This document shows positions 61,216 through 64,000 of a stretch of DNA of 64,000 bases, in pieces. Location: NCBI GenBank assembly GCA_951406725.2, contig OX597815.1, forward strand, positions 198,152,001 through 198,216,000. The letters run 5' to 3'. The notes under the pieces are model-generated. The model saw only the letters and a program-made list of their open reading frames with translations, did no database searches and was not told where the DNA came from. Both the position numbers and the translations under genes were made by a program. This stretch comes from Octopus vulgaris (Eukaryota). Each line of letters starts with the position of its first letter. Position 1 is the stretch's first letter.

Positions 61216-63045
61216 ACCACCCCCACATAAGCAGCAACAACAGCAATATTGAAACAAGCAGGCAGCACAGCAAAAGAGAATACTGAAATACCTGTAGAAA
61301 CATAGCAGGCAGCAAAGTAATAATGGAACAACAAAATAGCAACTAGTCTATTACGACAAGAAATGCAACAGCAATAACAAATAAATAAAATTGATAGCAT
61401 TAACAGACACTCACACGAACCCTGTCATCTTAAAGAAAAACTGTGTTGTTCCAAAATAATTAACTTTTATTTTTCGAAGTAGTCAAGTACTACAAGCATA
61501 AGAGAAATAAAATATTCTTCAATATGTAAGGTTTTCAAAGAATTCCTGTAAATAAAAAAAGACTTCACCAGAATATTTGCATGTACACATACAAACTCAA
61601 ACGATAAGGATTTAACAGCAAAATAAAATTTCTCTTGAGGAAAGACAACAACATTATTTAATGAGGCCATTTTAACCAGAAATCTTGGACGGTATGACGA
61701 GTGTTTTTAACAACGGAAATGTACGCATTTTGTATTTCGGCAATAGTCAATTAACTAGGTAGCAGCGGTATTTTTAAAGTCCTGAGTTTGGACATTTGAA
61801 CAAACATCTTTAATCGAAATGATAATTCAGTGAAGTGCCTCTCAATATTTAGAGCAAAGCTGCCTGGACATCTTGTGGCATAGAGTAGCATATTGAGGGA
61901 AATCTAGCATTTTTTACAACTCCGCTATATTTAATGTTATCGGATCACAGAAGATGATAATGTAAAAGTCTCGCAATTATGCCGACTTATATTAAACACA
62001 CATTTGTGTAAATTGCATAGGTTTACCTGTTTCTCACATTGCATATAGATAAGGATTTCTTTGGAATAATGATAGAGTTAACTGCTGAAAATTCAAAGTG
62101 GTCAGTTACAGATTTGGGAAATCTACAGACGACAGCCCATTCGCAGAAAAGCGGATGCTAAAAGCAGAATGCAACATTTTCGGCAGGTAATTATTTCAGT
62201 GATGGGATAGCCAAAGCATTTAGTAAGAATTGAAAAGAGCTCTCCTCAAACACCGCTGGTAGGATGTTCTGCAATCTGCGATAAGAACATAATCGATATG
62301 CTTCAATAGAATGGTCATAAAGGAAAAGACTGATAAGAGTTGAGTCACTGAGCAAATTCGAAGAGGTAAACAGGAAATGTCATCGTGACCGAATCACAGA
62401 CGGTTACAGTGACCCAACACAAAACAAGAAGAATTCATTTTCAGAACGAAGACGCATTCTCTGTGACATGAAAGACCGTAAACAGCTGCTGGGTACGCAT
62501 GCCTGAAATGGAGAATTTCGATCAAACTCATTGTTTGATCAAAAGAGAAGGCAGGTACAGCTTAATATTACGGTTTGTAACGGTGCTTTATTTTTGTTTA
62601 TCGAAGCTGACGCCAGATCTGCAAAAGTAGTACCTGCTTCGGTGATTTTGTGGCAATTCTCGGCAGGTGACAGGGAGAAATGAGAAAAGCGATGAACAGC
62701 TCAGCCGATACAGTTGCAGATAACACGTAGTAAAAGAAGTAAGGTATCAAGTTTAATCGAGCTGTTCTGTGTGCGTTAAACATAGACTCAGACGGATCGG
62801 TATGTTGATTGACAAACCGATGGGCGTACTAAGAATAGGAAGCACATTCAACGGGTTTCACAGAGATTATTTTATTATTTTATTTATGAAAATTTCTTTA
62901 CTCAGTACGCGTTATCTGTCCGCTGAAGGCTGACAGAAAGAGGAGAGACAGAAACAGAATCAGACAGATAGACAGCCAGCCAGAGAGACAGAGAGCGCAG
63001 GTTACACAGAGAGAGATAGTATGTGTGTATATGTGTGTGTGTATG

Positions 63046-63099
<54 letters not shown>

Positions 63100-63549
63100 T
63101 AAAAAGAGATCGCTTCTAAGCTTGTTTCTTTTCTCCAGAGAGTGAACTCTCTTGTGAGTAAATAGGGCACATCTCCCTATTGAAGATGGTAAAATTGGAA
63201 ACTAAATAAATCTAATTCTGTTACACTTCGAATAAGTCAAGATGCGTCTAGGTGCCGACAACTGGCGGCTACTAGATACATTTGTTACAGATAAAAGACG
63301 AAATTAGCAGCTGAGAAATGACAGTAACCTGAATTTAACTCTAGCACAGTCTGAAGAGAAACCTCACACGCTTATAGATCTTATATTGGGTGAAATATTA
63401 ACCACTATGGACTTGCAATTAACCCTTGTGAATAGTAAGATGATGCTTCGATAAGAGGTCATGCAATATTAATAGGAAAAATTTCTACTCACACGCACAT
63501 ACACACACAAAGTATGTATGTGTATATATATATATATATATATATGTAT

Positions 63550-63944
63550 ACTCTTTTACTTGTTTCAGTCATTTGACTGCGGCCATGCTCGAGCACCGCC
63601 TTTTAGTATAGCAAATCGACCCCAGGACTTAATCTTTGAAAGCCTAGTTCTTTTTCTATTGGTCTCTTTTGCCGAACCGCTAAGTAACGGGGACGTAAAC
63701 ATACCAGCATCGGTTGTCAAGCGTTGTTGGGGGGACAAACACAGACACAAACACATACATACGTACATATATATATATATATATATATACGACAGGCTTC
63801 TTTCAGTTTCCGTCTACCAAATCCACTCACAAGGCTTTGGTTGGCCCGAGGCTATAGTAGAAGACACTTGCCCAATGTGCCACGCAGTGGGACTGAACCC
63901 AGTGGCTGGTAAGCAAGCTACTTACCACACAGCCACTCCTGCGC

Positions 63945-63946
<2 letters not shown>
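63550..63946 (-). mobile_element. Full-length SINE family A copy
   Basis: Complete head (ggcgcaggagtggctgtgtggtaagtagcttgcttacca), microsatellite core and tail, flanked by TA repeats. Confidence 0.92.
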
Positions 63947-63977
<31 letters not shown>

Positions 63978-64000
63978 GAGAGAGAGAGAGAGAGAGAGAG

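Noticed and set aside
62050-62900. Higher-complexity unique segment, possible exons
   Set aside because: No sustained ORF or motif support.

Overview
AT-rich eukaryotic window, very rich in microsatellites, that looks intergenic or intronic. The SINE repertoire and repeat landscape suggest an octopus (coleoid cephalopod) genome; this is an inference. I found no convincing host protein-coding gene, and most ORFs in the track are translated (TA)n, (CA)n and (AAT)n repeats. The window is dominated by retroelements: three tRNA-headed SINE families, CR1-group LINE 3' fragments, a Tx1-type ORF2 3' end, several R4/Dong-clade REL-endonuclease LINEs in (AAT)n tracts, and Neptune-type Penelope-like elements with terminal repeats carrying minimal hammerhead ribozyme motifs. 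The most notable feature is a ~2.05 kb element (4363-6409, minus strand) bounded by a target-site duplication. It encodes only a CCHC-knuckle ORF1-like protein, has no ORF2, and is inserted just behind the A box of a tRNA-derived SINE. A SINE with a Tx1-like 3' tail also appears to be inserted into a SINE tRNA head (45113-45510), which hints at a Tx1-driven system targeting tRNA-like sequences. Two SINE-LINE shared-tail partnerships and several fold-back structures are also visible. All coordinates were read by eye, and the boundaries of degraded repeats are approximate.
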